Assembly (NCBI GenBank): GCA_026770705.1
Contig: JANJGN010000301.1
Span: 1-64,000 of the forward strand
Length of the DNA: 64,000 nucleotides
Direction: 5' to 3'
Origin: Isurus oxyrinchus
Lineage: Eukaryota
How positions within the stretch are numbered: position 1 is the first letter of the stretch; each line of letters begins with the position of its first letter. This document shows positions 35,521 through 48,900 of this stretch, in pieces. The position numbers were made by a program, and so were the translations under genes. The notes beneath the pieces were generated by a model. That model saw only the letters and a list, made by a program, of their open reading frames with translations, was not told the origin of the DNA and made no database searches.

Positions 35521-38403
35521 GTAAGTAACACCAAACTCCGCCGACTTACAGCCTGTCCCGTGTAATGTTCACAGTCAGTTTATTATTGATATCAGTGGAG
35601 TTTGAGGGGATGTGGGAGTTGACGGAATGTGGACCATTATTGGTTTAACGGGCACATCGGGGACAACATCAACATCACGGACTCACACACTCTGAATCGC
35701 TTTTAACGAGCTGAGATTGTCGGCAATCCGGACTCCACTCCCGGTGTTAACTGTGACCGAGGAAGCTCTGTCTGTCCCTTAGAGCCCGGAAGCGGGGTCA
35801 CAGAGCTCTCCCCTGGGCAGCAGATTGCAGTCCGAGCCGCGCAATGTAAATGATGTACCCGGTGAATAAACTCAACACAACTGCGGCCATTCGGATAACT
35901 GCAGCGGCTCGTTCAATACCTGACCCGGGAAAGAAACGGGCGAGTGACACAATGGGCTTCAGTTATAAGAGACCCTGATATGAGTCTAGGTTGAATTTTA
36001 TTATTGGACAATCTGTGACTGCAATTAGTGACATTGTCCCCCCCCACTTCATTCAATTGTCTTCGCAGAACCAATCACTCTTCTCCTTTCCCGTCCTGAG
36101 TCCGAAATGTGAAAGTTTGAAACTGCAGACGCTTCTCTATATTGAATGGAAATATTTGAGAGATGGGATTGCTGTAATTTATCTGTATCACAGATTACTG
36201 TGAATTAAAGCAACGCAGTGCAGTGAGAGAATGAGGATGATGCATTAATCTTATGAAGGAGAACAGAAACATAAGGAAACAATTATAAATTAGGAGAATG
36301 CTCATTTAGAACCAGCAAGACAAAATTAATCGAAAGGGAGAGAGGGATTGGATGATTTCTGGGCGCCTTTCAAAGTACAATCCGACCCCCAGGTGGGTGA
36401 GGTTTATGGAGGGAAGGACTGAAATAGACTCCACTCCGGAATGCTGTGAAGGTTTGGTCCCCTTACAGAGATCAATCTGTAATAGAATTGGTGCAGCAAA
36501 TGTTTATCCGACTGATTCCTGATATGAAGGGATTGTCCAATGGGAAGAGATTTAGTCTTCTCGGTTGATATTTCCTAGAGTTTAGAAGAATGAGAGATGA
36601 TCTCATGGAAACATGTGATACACTGAAGGGCCTCGACAGGGCAAATTCTAGGTCGTAGTTTCCCCAGATTGAAGAATATAGAACTCGGGGACACCGCTTC
36701 AGAATAAAGAATCATCCATTAGAACTGAGAAGGAAAAAATATCTTCAGTAGAGCCATTGCTGTGAATCTGTGGCATTGTGTAACTCAGAGAGCGGTGGGT
36801 GTTCAAAACCTGTGTGCATTCAAGACAATATTCGATAAATTTTTGGACGCTAAAAGGATCAGGGATATGGGGAGAGTGCGGGAATGTGACGTTGAGGTTG
36901 TAAATCAGCCAGAATATTACTGAATGTCTGAGCAGCTTTGAATAGTGATATGGCGGCTCCTGTTTCTATTGATCGGATTCTCTGCTTTAATTTCTTACAC
37001 TCCTCAGAAAATAAATCAGCAACAATTCCCACATCTCTGTGGGAAGATTGAACAGGCTGGGTCTCTTTTTTCTGGAAAACAGAACCACAAGGAGAATCCA
37101 TAGAAATATTTTAAACAATAATCGGTTTTAGTGTGGATAAATTGCTCATTTATGGCTGAGTCTAAATCAATAGCCGTCACCATATGACATTCATGAACAA
37201 AACAAATAAATCATTTAAGACAAATGTATTTAAACAAAGGCAGGTCGGAGTGTGGAACTTGCTGCCTCAGGGAGTGGTTGGAGCAGTTGCTATTGATATA
37301 TTTATTTGAATACAGGAGGGAGAACGGAACAGACTGATACAGGGAGCTGGATGTAAATGGTCAATTAGATTTCTGGTGAGGTGCGGCTGGAATTGATCAT
37401 ATACACAGGCTGAATGGTCCATTCCTCTTCCGCATTCTTCTTCCTCGATAATTGAGAGAAAACTCCACCCAGTGAACCCGGGAGACAATCAGTTAACGTG
37501 CGGAAAGAATTGAAATTGTCAGAGAGCCGGAAGAGGCAGTTCCCAGTGAGTAACAGTAAAACCACTGCGGAAGCTGAACAGACTGAACCCAACCGACAAC
37601 TTAGAGACTTTGGGGCAAGTTCCCACGATTGCAATAAGCGCAAACAGCACAAAGAAAATGTGAAATAAAGGGAATGTGAAATTAAAGAAATAAAATGAAA
37701 TTAATTGCACATATTTGAAATTAAGCTGAACTGGAGAAAATAGGACACTATTAATAGAACATAGAGAAATAGAGCAAAAGGCAAATAGAAATTTCCGTGT
37801 ACTTCTAAACCGCAGGAAATGATTGGCCTTTGACCACTTGTGCTCACTCTCGGTTTTGCCCAATCGGTGCTGATGATACCCATCAGTTTGTGTTGGATCT
37901 GGCTGTGCACAGCTGTGTTCCTCTCGGACAAACATGTTTTCTTTTGGAAACTGGTTGCCTCGCTGAACGTCAAATGTTCCCTCGGGTTTGTCTCTCACCA
38001 GGGAAAATAGAAACGGGAATGTATTATAATTAATGGAATCATACGGCACGGAAGGAAGACATTCGGCCCATCGTGTAGGCGCTGACCCTTTAAAAGTGCA
38101 ATCCAATTGTTCCCACTGCCCATGAATTTTCTCCATTGCTCTATATTTTTATCAATATTTCCAGCAGAGATCCATTACCCGTTTGAAAGTTACAATAGAA
38201 TCTGTACCCAACACCAATTCAGACAGTGCAGTCCTAATTGGAAGAGTTCCCCACTTCATAATTTCGTAAGAATGAACACGGTTCAAACAGGCTTCCAGCA
38301 AATAAAATTACTGCAAAAAGCAGAGCTATTGACGTGATTGATATATTTAGCTGGACAAACAGTGGCAAAACTAAAAGATAATGTTCGGTTTTTTATCCTC
38401 CAG

Positions 38404-38712
38404 ATTCCAGTTCCATGATATCCCAGAATCCGCCTGTACAAACGTATCCTGCCGGTGACACCATTACTTTAAGATGTGAATATTCGGTCAGGTTCTGTCA
38501 GTACACAGTACACTGGTACCGTCAGTCTCCCGGCCAGGCTCCGGATTATCTGCTTCAGAGACACACTCCAGGAGAAGAAAATAAAGAAAACGCTGTGGGA
38601 GGGAGAATTTCTGCTTCGATTGATCCTGCTGAGAAAATCAGCCGGTTAACTGTCTCCAGACTACAACTGAGCGACTCCGTTGTGTATTACTGTGCACTGA
38701 GTCAACGCACAG
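38404..38712 (+). CDS. TRDV: Leaderless supporting TCR-delta V segment 2
   Basis: Acceptor AG 38402-38403, phase 1. Open 'DSSSMISQNPPVQTYPAGDTITLRCEYSVRFCQYTVHWYRQSPGQAPDYLL...LQLSDSVVYYCALSQRT'. CDR1 Cys; no leader seen. Confidence 0.92.
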
Positions 38713-38751
38713 CACAGTGATACAGAGCACGGAGACAGCTGTACAAAAACC
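38713..38751 (+). other. Consensus 23-RSS
   Basis: CACAGTG-23-ACAAAAACC. Confidence 0.95.
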
Positions 38752-38761
38752 TGAACGTGGT

Positions 38762-41190
38762 GCTTGCACATGAACACGTGAGTGATCTCATACTGAGTGA
38801 GGCACAGCCAGAGTGAATGTGGGCACTGGCAATTTGGTGCACAGTTGGAATTGAACTGGTAAGTCTTTCTCTTTAATTTCTCTTTAACTTTTGTAACTAC
38901 AGTATTCTAGTTGACAGGTTGGTAAGGGAGCTGATGCAACTGACTGTGTGACAGTTAACTGTTAATCACTTGAAGCCTGATTAGGGCCTTCATAGGCGTT
39001 GATTACTATTTGAAGCTTAACTAGTGTCAGTCATCTCAGCTCACCTCAGTTCTAATTAAGAAATTGACTATTTAGAAGCACACGACAGTGTGCTTGCACA
39101 CGAACAGGAGAGAGACATCATCTTGAGGGTGGCACAGCCAGAGTGAGTGTGGGTATTGGTATTGGCAATTTGGTACACAGTGGGGATTCGGTGCAGAGGG
39201 GAAGAGGTGGTCTTTGTATTTTAACTTTGCTATACAACTTCTTAAATCTTCAGAGAGTGGCCTTGCCCTGCTGCAGCAGTAGAGGCTACAAGGGAAAGGA
39301 ATGACTGGTAAGTAGTGGGTAAAGTCGGGTATGTATTTACTATCTTTATTGCTTACAGTTTAAGATCTTTTTGTGGTTTGTAGCTTGTATATTCTGTAAT
39401 AACAAGGATCAGGAAGAAGGACCCTAGAGTAACTGATTTAAAAAGTTTAATTCAAAGGGATATAACATGGCAGGAGAGCTCAAAGCCGGGATGTGCTCCT
39501 CGTTCTCCATGTGGGAAGCCGGGAACATTTCCAGTGCCCAGGGCTAGCATGTGTGTAGGAGTTGTGTCCAGCTGCAGCTCCTGGAATCTCGGGTTTCAGA
39601 GCTGGAACGGTGGCTGGGGACACTGTAGAGCATCTGCAAGTCATGGATAGCACGTTTGCAGAGGTGGTCACACAGCAACTGAAGGGACTTAATGGAGGAA
39701 GGGAATGGGTGACCATCAGGCAATCCAAGAGAAACAGGCAGGGAGTTCAGGAGTCCCCTAAGGCCCCGCTCATAAATTGGTATTCCATTTTCGAGGCTGA
39801 TGAGGGCGCCAGCTCCTCCAGGGAGCGCAGACAGAGACAAGCTTCTGGCACCACAAGCAGTCTGTCTGTAGAGGAGGAGAGGTAGGGAGAAAGAACAATA
39901 GTAACAGGTGATTCTATAGTCAGGGGAAAAGATAGGCGCTACAGTGGACGTCAACGTGACTCCATGATGATGTGTTGCCTCCCTGGTGCCAGGGTCCGGG
40001 ATGTCACTGAACAGCTGCAGGTCATCCTGAATGGGAAGGGGGATAAGGCACTGGTAATGGTGCATGTTGGTACCAGTGACGTAGGGAGAAAGAGTGATGA
40101 TGTCTTGCAGCAAGATTTCAGGGAGTTAGGCAATAGACTAAAAAGCAAGACCTCTTGGGTTGTAAACCCCGGATTACTCTCAGTGCCACGTGTTGCGAGC
40201 TCAGAAATAAGAGAATAGCGCAGATGAATATGTGGCTTAAGAGCTGATGCAGGAGGATGAGTTAGATTCCTGGATCACTGGGAACGTTTCTGGGGAAGGT
40301 GGGTCCTGTACAAGTGGGACAGCTTACACCTGCATCAGAGCAGGACTAACATCCTTGCGGGCGAGTTTTCTAGTGCTGTTGGGAGGAGTTTAAACTAATT
40401 CAGCAGGGGGAGGGGATACACAACTTTGGAAGAAGAGAGATGCATCATAATACAGTAAAACAATCAAGTCAGAGGGAGAACAGCTACATTAAGCTTCAAG
40501 GGACTAAGGCAAGGCTAGATGGCCTCGACTTTAATGCCAGGAGAATTACATGTCAAACGGCTGAGTTAAGGGTGAGGATTGACACTTGGAATTGTGATAT
40601 AATAGCCATCACTGAGACGTGGTTGAGGGAGGGGCAGGATTGGCAGCTGAACATTCCGGGATATAGAATCTTCAGGCGAGACAGGGAGGGGGTAAAAGAG
40701 GAGGAGGCATTGCATTATTAGTTAAGGAGTCAGTTACTTCAGTAAGGAGAGATGATATCTTGGTGGGGGGATCGAATGAAGATTTGTGGATAGAGTTTAG
40801 GAATAAAAAATGGGAAGCCACATTGTTAGGCGTTTATTATAGACCCCCAAATAGTCAGCGGGATATTGAGGAGCAAATTTGTACGCAAATTGTGGAGGTG
40901 TGTAAAAACAATAACAAAAGGGTAATTATATTAGGTGATTTCAACTTTCCCAAATTTAATGGGATAGACATAGTGTTAAGGGCTTGGATGGAGTGGATTT
41001 CTTGAAATGTGTACAGGAGAGCTTTGTAGGCCAATATGTAGAGGGCATAACAAGGGACGGCGCAGTGCTGGATCTAATTCTGGGAAATGAAGCCGGACAG
41101 GTGGCTGAGGTGGTGGTGGGGGAGCATTTTCGTGATAGCGACCACAACATGGTACAATCTAAGCTTGTTATGGATAAAGAAATAGAAATA
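38762..41190 (+). mobile_element. CR1 LINE 5' portion (5'UTR, ORF1 with zinc-finger/coiled-coil + SGNH esterase, ORF2 endonuclease), 3'-truncated
   Basis: ORF1 from ~39467 'MAGELKAGMCSSFSMW..CRSCVQLQLLESRVSELE', 'GDSIVRG', 'CCLPGARVRDV', 'VHVGTSDV'. ORF2 'FNARRI', 'IAITETWL', 'GVYYRPPNS', 'ILGDFNFP', 'SDHNMV'. Confidence 0.92.
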
Positions 41191-41534
41191 GTGTCGGGTT
41201 GGTCGCTTACGAGAGTGACTCTCATAAATAGACGTGCTTCCCTTCACTTCCATCCACCCGGAGCGGAAGAAGCTGCTGGTCTTCAGACAACTGATCGGTT
41301 CAGACTTGAACCGTAAGGGAAATGAGCAGCGGACCAACAACCCGCCTCCTTATATCCGGCGAACAATATCAATTTCCAGCCAATTAGGAGCGGGAAAAAT
41401 AAATACGTGACGTAGACATTCAGTATCCATCATTGACTTTAATTAGCCAACATTTTAATCTCTTGAAACGATTCCTTCCCTTCTGTTGTGAGTTATGTCC
41501 CGTTTTCGAATTGACATTCTCATAGCAACCGTGT

Positions 41535-42001
41535 TTTGTTGAAGTTAAAGATACTATCCGTCATCTTGGCGATGCGAACTGGTAGGCACAGGACAGTGAC
41601 CCAATGACCCAGAGTGAGTTTTTCATTATTGATCTCTCTGTTCTAGTGTTTCATGACCTGAATATTTTTCCAGGTCGATGTCTCTCGGACCGTTGCTTCA
41701 ATCTCCCGCTTCGAAAACAGTCCAGAGCAGGGATTCGGTGCAGATGGACTGCAGCTACGAGTTGTCCGAATTCTACGTGATGCATTGGTACAGACAGAAA
41801 TCCGGTCAGGGACTGGAGTGGATTATTAGGCAGATATCGAATAGCAAAGGGCGAAGTCGACGATTTGAACTGAATCTTTCCGAGTTGGAGAAACGCGGCC
41901 AATTGCTCATTGTAGACACGGGGAACGCCGATGCCGCGGTTTATTACTGTGCGGCTGAGCCTCACACTGAGACAAAATGCGGCAGTCATTGTACAAAAAC
42001 C
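41535..42001 (+). pseudogene. TCR V segment with open V domain and good 23-RSS but defective leader/splice phase (probable pseudogene or ORF)
   Basis: V 'LLQSPASKTVQSRDSVQMDCSYELSEFYVMHWYRQKSGQGLEWII...DAAVYYCAAEP'; RSS CACACTG (41963-41969)-23-ACAAAAACC. Leader-like 'LLKLKILSVILAMRT' (phase-1 donor at 41582) lacks an upstream ATG. The acceptor at 41673 read in phase 1 is out of frame with the V. Confidence 0.8.
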
Positions 42002-45000
42002 TCGCTCCTGGTTACTGTTCCGGGGGAGCGGCAGCAATCTCACTGATAGCACAAGGCGGGCCAGGAGGCTCAGAGCATGAACAGCTAACGGGAGAGACGG
42101 GCAGGGCTGCGGCGGGTTGTCTAGTGAATGCTAATAGGGAGGATCTTTCATTAGATATACTGATGGTCACAGCAGAGAGTGTCGGACTGATGAGGCAGTT
42201 AGTCAGTGCGGTCTTTGCTACGTGGGGAGCTTCATTGTCTGACTGTGTCGCAGGGAACCGAGAGAGATCCTGAGTGTTTATCTTATGGTGTTGTGTGACG
42301 ATTCTTAAAGAACTTTAGTATAATTATACAGTAAAATCCGCCCTTAAACTGAAGAATCCGAAATGTAGGCATATTTACTCTCATCCCAATTTGTGACCTA
42401 ATAGTTATCTAAAAGAATGCGCCTGCGATTGTCCTGCGGGTGATATTTCCCCACCTCTCTTGTGTCTCGCTGCAGAAAGTTAACCAAATTCGAAAGACAA
42501 ACAGAAAGTGCTGGAAATACAACCAGAAACAGAGTGAAGGTTTCAGTCTGTGACCTTTCGCCAGAAATCAGCAGCTCCTCAGACTGAGTTCAGGTGAAAT
42601 GTCGCGGATATGAAACTTTCACTGTGATTCGCTCTGCACCGCTGCTTCCCGGCCTGCCGAGTATGTCCAGAATTTTCTGTTTCTGTACCGCAAACTGGTA
42701 CTGCCGGCGAGAGGCGACTCGTTGTAAAGGTTTCCAAAGCCAGTTGAGAGGAAGCGGGTTATTTTCTTTTTTGGAAAAAAAGATACTTTATTCATAAAAT
42801 ATCTGAAAGAACATTACAAAACATTCCAAAATGGCCACCACAAAAAGTGCAATCATATTCCAGTTTTCCACAGAGATCATGAGGTGCTTCCATCCAATCA
42901 ATAGACACAACGTACATTTGAACATGGTTATTACAGACAGTCAAACAGTGCAATGGTATTCCATATGCTGATGTCTGATCTGGCTGTAACCTGCTTCCTA
43001 CCCCCGGTTACCTTTCACTCCCTTGTTTATCAAAAATCGATCTACCTCTGCCTTGAAAACATTCAAAGACCCTGTTTCCCCTGCCCTTTGAGGAAGGGAG
43101 TTTCAAAGACTTACTACTTTTTTGAGAGAAAAAATTCTTCTCATCTCTGTTTGAAATGGGAAACCGTTATTTTTGAACAGTGACTCCTAGTTCTAGATTC
43201 TCCCACAACAGGCAAGATCCTTTCCATGTGTGATTTATTTTTTTGCAGACGGTTAATCTGTATGTTATATTATTATGAAATAATAAAAAAATATTTTCAT
43301 TCAATTAAATTACTCGGATGATGAACTGCTTTTTTTGGCAAAATCGCTCTCATGAAACCATTGTCGATTGTTGTAATAACCCGTCTGGTTCAATACTGCC
43401 CCTTCCTTCCTTTAGGGATGGAAACCTGCTGTCCTCATCTGGACTGGCCTACATATGTCTCCTGACCCGCAGCATTGTGGCTGGCTCTTAAATGTCCTCT
43501 GAACAAGGGCAATTAGGGATGGGTAATAAATGCTGGCCTATCCAGCGACGCGTACGCCCCACAAATGAATAAAAAGAATATAATATACACATCAGCATCT
43601 AGTGTAACATATGCAGGGACGGGACCTTGTGTCGTATGAACAGCAACAGCTTCTACTATAGCAGTAACTAGGCATGGTTTCAAGTATTATAATGCCTGGC
43701 TTGATCCAGTCAAGTAATAACGAACACAGGGCCAAGAGTAATATACGAAGAGTCATGTCCTCGCATAATATAAACCGGAACAGCGTCTTCTTTAACATAA
43801 AATAAGAGATGGCCAACTGCATGAATAACTGAATCAGCCACTAGTATAATATGGCGGAAGCATAAATTAACGCCTTAATATCTAAGACATGGCCTACTGT
43901 AATGTCAACGGGTATATGTTCAGCTGCAGTAATAATTGACGCCGTTTTTCCTGTCATGCACACAGAGACATGGTTGAGTGGAGTAATAACTTAGAGAGGG
44001 CCTATCTGAATTTACATAGACACATGTTCTAGAGCAGAAAGAAATGACATGGACGCTAGTGCAAATAGGCCAGAGACGGGGTCCAGTGAAATATGCACTG
44101 ATATGTCATCCAGTGCAGTAATAACTGAACGAGGACCGAGTGCAATACAAAACTGAGACACCGTCTGTAGAAATAAAACAATGCCATATTGTCAAGAAAT
44201 ATAAATAGAAACGTGATCTAGCGTGATATGAGGTGAGACAAAGGCCTTGGGTAAAATGAACAGAGAGAGCATCCAGTGTAATAATAACTGAGACAAAGCT
44301 TGGAATAATGTGCAATGAGACATTCCTTTAGTTTACAACTAACAAAGGCAGGATGTAAATTAAACAGAGCTGTAACCTGGTGCAGTAGCAAATGAGGCCG
44401 GGCCCAGCGCGATATAAGTAGAAGCCTAGTCTCGTGTTGTAATACCAGAGGACTCAATGCAATATTACCAGAAACATGGCCTGTCCTGAAATTATCGGAG
44501 GCTTTAATAATAAATAAAGATAGAAAATAGTGGGAAAACTCTGCAGGTCTCGAAACTCTATGGATTCGAAACATTAACTCCGTTTCTCTCTCCACAGATG
44601 CTGACAGACCTGCAGAGTTATTCCAGCGTTTTCTGCCTTTATTTCAGATTTCTAGCGTTTGCAGTATTGTCCTTTTGATTGGAGTCATTATCTGGTACGG
44701 TAGAAACTGAGAAAGGACCTACTTTAAAAACGAGCGGCATGGTTTAGTGCACTTTAAAATAGAAAAGTCCTGCTGTAATAGAAACGGAAGTATTGCTGAA
44801 AAAGGCGACATGCTGTCGCAGCTTTACACCTAGAATTCATCAGGACAGATACGCAACAGGAATCTGACCTGCTAAATGTGAGACAAATAGCTTCGACAGC
44901 ATTTCCCTTTTTTCAGCAATGTTCAAGGCCTACTTAGATTTCCAAGGTACCTTCCTAACTCGCAGCAGTTAAAACCTGTGTTGCTAACTCTATGCTTGCA

Positions 45001-45119
45001 TTCTTTTCTTGTTGTTTGTACAACTGGACAGGATTCTCAAGTTCTGCACTAAGAAACAAAGGTATGGTCCACTGGCACCGGGTGGACGCAGATTACAACG
45101 AAACTGGTTAATTTATTTT

Positions 45120-45925
45120 ACAAGTTAGCTTGAAAAATAAGTAATGAGGAGGATGCTAAAATTTTGAGAAGAAACACAGACAGATTCCGTGAGTGGAAAA
45201 ACCACAGAAGATTGACCAATTGTGAAATGATACACTCTAGGAGGGAACATTTGAAAAAAAAACAAGACATTGCGAATTGTGAGAGACTGGCAAATGTTGG
45301 CAATCAGTGGGAGTTGTGTGCTCTGTAGGTCACAGGAAGTTAACATGCTGCCACAACAATAAATTAGGAAACCATATGGTGCGTTAGCCTTTCTTAACAT
45401 TGGATGATAGTTCAAATGTTAAGCAGTCTTTCTGCAATTATATTGGGCCTTGGTGAGATTACCTAGAGTACTGTGTACAGTTTTAGTCTCCTTTGCAAAG
45501 GAAGGATATGCTAGTCTTTGAGGGAGTGCGACAAAGGTTGACTGGACTGATTCCTGGCATGAGATATTTGTCCCATGAGGGGAGGTGAATCTGACTGTGC
45601 GCATATTCGATGGAAATTCTTAAGTGTATTGATAGAATAGATGCTGGGAGAAATTTACCCTGGCTGGGGAATCTAGAATTAAGGTTCACATTCCCAGAAT
45701 AATAGGTCGAACACTTAGGACAGAGGTTTCGGAAACTGAGTGAATGTTCAGTTTTTACATATATAAAAGGTAAAGATCGAAGAGTTTCGGATATAAAGAG
45801 AATGAAATGATACAGGGAAAGTACAGGATTGTGGAGTTGATATAGAAGATCAGCCATGTATTTATTGCTCAGTGGTGAAGACTTGAAAGATCGATAACCT
45901 AAGCTATTCCTTTTTCTTACGTTTT
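45120..45925 (+). mobile_element. Highly degraded CR1 3' fragment
   Basis: 'gggccttggtgagattacctagagtactgtgtacagttttagtctcc' (ALVR.LEYCVQF) plus tail motifs. Confidence 0.7.
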
Positions 45926-48900
45926 TATGTAGAACTGCCTCATTATTTCTCCATCAAATAGAAGGCACAGTTTGGTGTAGTAATTAATGTTACAATGTCT
46001 CGTACAACATAAAAGACATTATATGATGCAGTGCAACTGAAACAAACGGTGACATACTCCAGTGCAGTAATAACAGAAATAGATCCTCGTGGACTGTGAA
46101 CAGAACCTCCATTTAGCTGCCACTAGGTGTTTACAGATTTCCATAGCACCAGTAGAGATCTGCCTTGTCATTTCTACACGTGCGTTTATCGTCTGTCCTG
46201 ATCCGACGTTTGCCGCCCAACCATTGTGTAAATTATGATGAAAGCTATTGTTTGTCACGTTATCAGATCAACAAACACTGACCTACCACCCCATCACACT
46301 CTGTGGGAGGTCAAAATGGATTTAGAATGCAACTAATTGCAGATAAACGTTTCTGATTTGAGCACAGAAGTTTCAGCGGTGGAGCAAAGGGTCTCGCGTC
46401 AGAGTAATGTATCTTTGATTATTTTGGTTGAAGGAAGGAATATCGACCAGGACATAGTGCAGGCCCCACCTCAACAGTCAAGAGATGAAATGGGACTATT
46501 GTTTCATGATGTCTGGAAAAGATAATGACCTTTCGGTACCCTGATTACAAGTCTGGTAACTATGTTCAGATTTTGAAGTTGAGTTGCGATCCACCATCTG
46601 CTGATTTTGAAATCAGAGTCAATTCACTTTAGCTACTAAACTGCTGAAAGGGTTCATGTAAAACGTAATACCTACAATCTTACCATGACATTCGGTAATG
46701 CAGTTGCTCTAATAAGAAAAATAACAACGCCAAGGTCAATGGTTAATGCAATTTCAATGCATAAAATCATGGAAGCTTACAGCAAAGATAGAGACTGTTC
46801 ATTCCATCAGAACTGTGCCCGCTCTCCATGAAATGCTCTCCAATTAGCTCCGCTCTCCTACACTTTCTGTAAAGCCCTGCACATTTTTTTCAATTTCAAG
46901 TATATATAAGCTTCCCTTATAAAAGTTACAAATGAAAATGCTTCTATCTCCCTTTCCAGAAGTGCACTCTAGCTCATATCAATCGCTCCATGAAAAAATC
47001 TAATATCACTCTATATTCACTTATGAATTGTCCATAACTCTGGTTCTTCTGTCTACAGATCCTCCTGCCAGTGGAATGAATACCTCACCAAAAACTGATA
47101 GATAGGTTCTTGATTGGTAAGGGGATCAACGGTTACGGGGTGAAGGCGGGGGAATGGGGTTGAGAAACTTATCAGCCATGATTGAATGGTGGAGCAGATT
47201 CGATGGGCCGAATGGCTTAACTTCTGCTCCTATGCCTTATGGTCTTATGGTCTAACTCTGTCAAAAGCTTTCGTAAATTTAAACACCTCTATTATACCAC
47301 ACTTTGACAGTCTCTGCTCCAAGAAGGCCAATCCCAGTTTCACTAATCTCTTCATATAATTGAGGTCCCTCATCCCTGGTACAATTCCCGTAAATTTCTT
47401 CTCAACCTGTTCCAAGATTGTGACATTCTTTGGAAAGTGTTGATTTAAATCAGTTCAAAATGTATATCTCCTTCAGATAATTTTTGACGAAACGTACTCA
47501 GTTCAAATTAATTTGAGCAGTAGCAATATGATATCACGTTCTCCTGTGTGCTGAACAAATTGGTTTCTCTCCAATTCAAATGTCAGTAAGATCATTGTCG
47601 CCACCTGATGAACATCTTCTGCTACAGACCGCCGAATTTCTTGAAAATGTCTCAGAATTCTCTCCACAACCATGTCCACTTACCGAGTGAATTTCACTCA
47701 GAGGATTGTCTAGGAACAAACCACGAGAGGTAAGAAGTCAAGCAGAATTAAGTGCGGTAGAGCCAATATTAAGGTTAAAAATTCTGGGAAGCTTTCAATG
47801 GGAAATTGTTAACTTATTTAACAAGAAACTGGCAATAAAGAAAGAAACCAATATGCCTCTGCTGGTGGAGTGGGGTGAACACCTATATTGAAGTTTCTTG
47901 TGGCGGCGATTCACTTGCTGATGCCATATTAAGAACTGCTAAAATGAACGCTAAGCGAATCGAAACGGATCACATTTGACAGATATTTTTAATGCACGAT
48001 TGCAATGTGGCGACTTTCTTCGCCAAGAGACCCCTTTTACATATATTTCCATTGTACGAGACAGACATTTGTGTGATCGAATCAGAGAAATGGTCTGGTG
48101 TAATATAAGCATACGCAGGGACTAGTGTATTATAAATCTCGACACAGTATCTGATGTAATGTGAATAATGACATGTTTTTATGCAGTAAATCTGGCGTAG
48201 GGCCCCATGTAATATAAAATATTCTAAAGAAAATAAAGATACTCTTATATAATCAACAATCGTTCAACAGCCCATGTGCTGTGCCTCTGTGGCAATGGAC
48301 AGCGCATTGAGCGTCGAGTTTTTGATGCCTCAGGCATTCAAAGGTTGTGGGTTCGAATTACACCAGAATCGAATTTTACGGCAAAATTAAAGGCAAACTC
48401 GTCAATGATCTAAATCGAGAAATATCCTGCAGCAGAAATAACTCAGGCAGGATCTGGTGCCGCCGAAAGCGAAACGAGTCAATGCTGGAATAATTTAGAT
48501 CAGCTCTTCTGTGATGTAAACAAATGATTCATCCACCTCAGTAATAACGGAAGCCATGCTTCATATTATATTAACGGAAAAAGAGGCCCGTGTTGTATAC
48601 AGAGAGTAATGCAGAAATAACTGCGACAGGGAAATACGTATTATAAGCAGAGCTGGCCTAATGCATTAATAAGTGAGACAGAGTGTCATGAAATATAAAC
48701 AAAAGAATGGTGCAGTGTAGTGATAACAAATGGAGGGCCCAGGCGAGTATAAACTTAATTGCTAATTTAATCTAAAAACTAATCGGGAGCAATAAGTATA
48801 ACTCAGTATATTCGCTGGCCTAATTCCACCAGAATCTGGTCCGAGATAAGGATTCCATTTGCCTGACCTTTTGAATCACCCCATTTATCAACAATTTAGT

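Noticed and set aside
38415-38720. ATG-initiated single-exon V gene (ORF track)
   Set aside because: The ATG is internal (GTA in the paralogue), there is no signal peptide, and a conserved phase-1 acceptor lies 11 nt upstream.
41977-42273. Overlapping open frames on both strands just 3' of the RSS
   Set aside because: GC-rich, no convincing splice signals or domain; likely chance.
44790-44920. Short inverted repeat with a CTGATGA-like motif on the minus strand
   Set aside because: Looks like a decayed Penelope terminal relic; the hammerhead core is incomplete.
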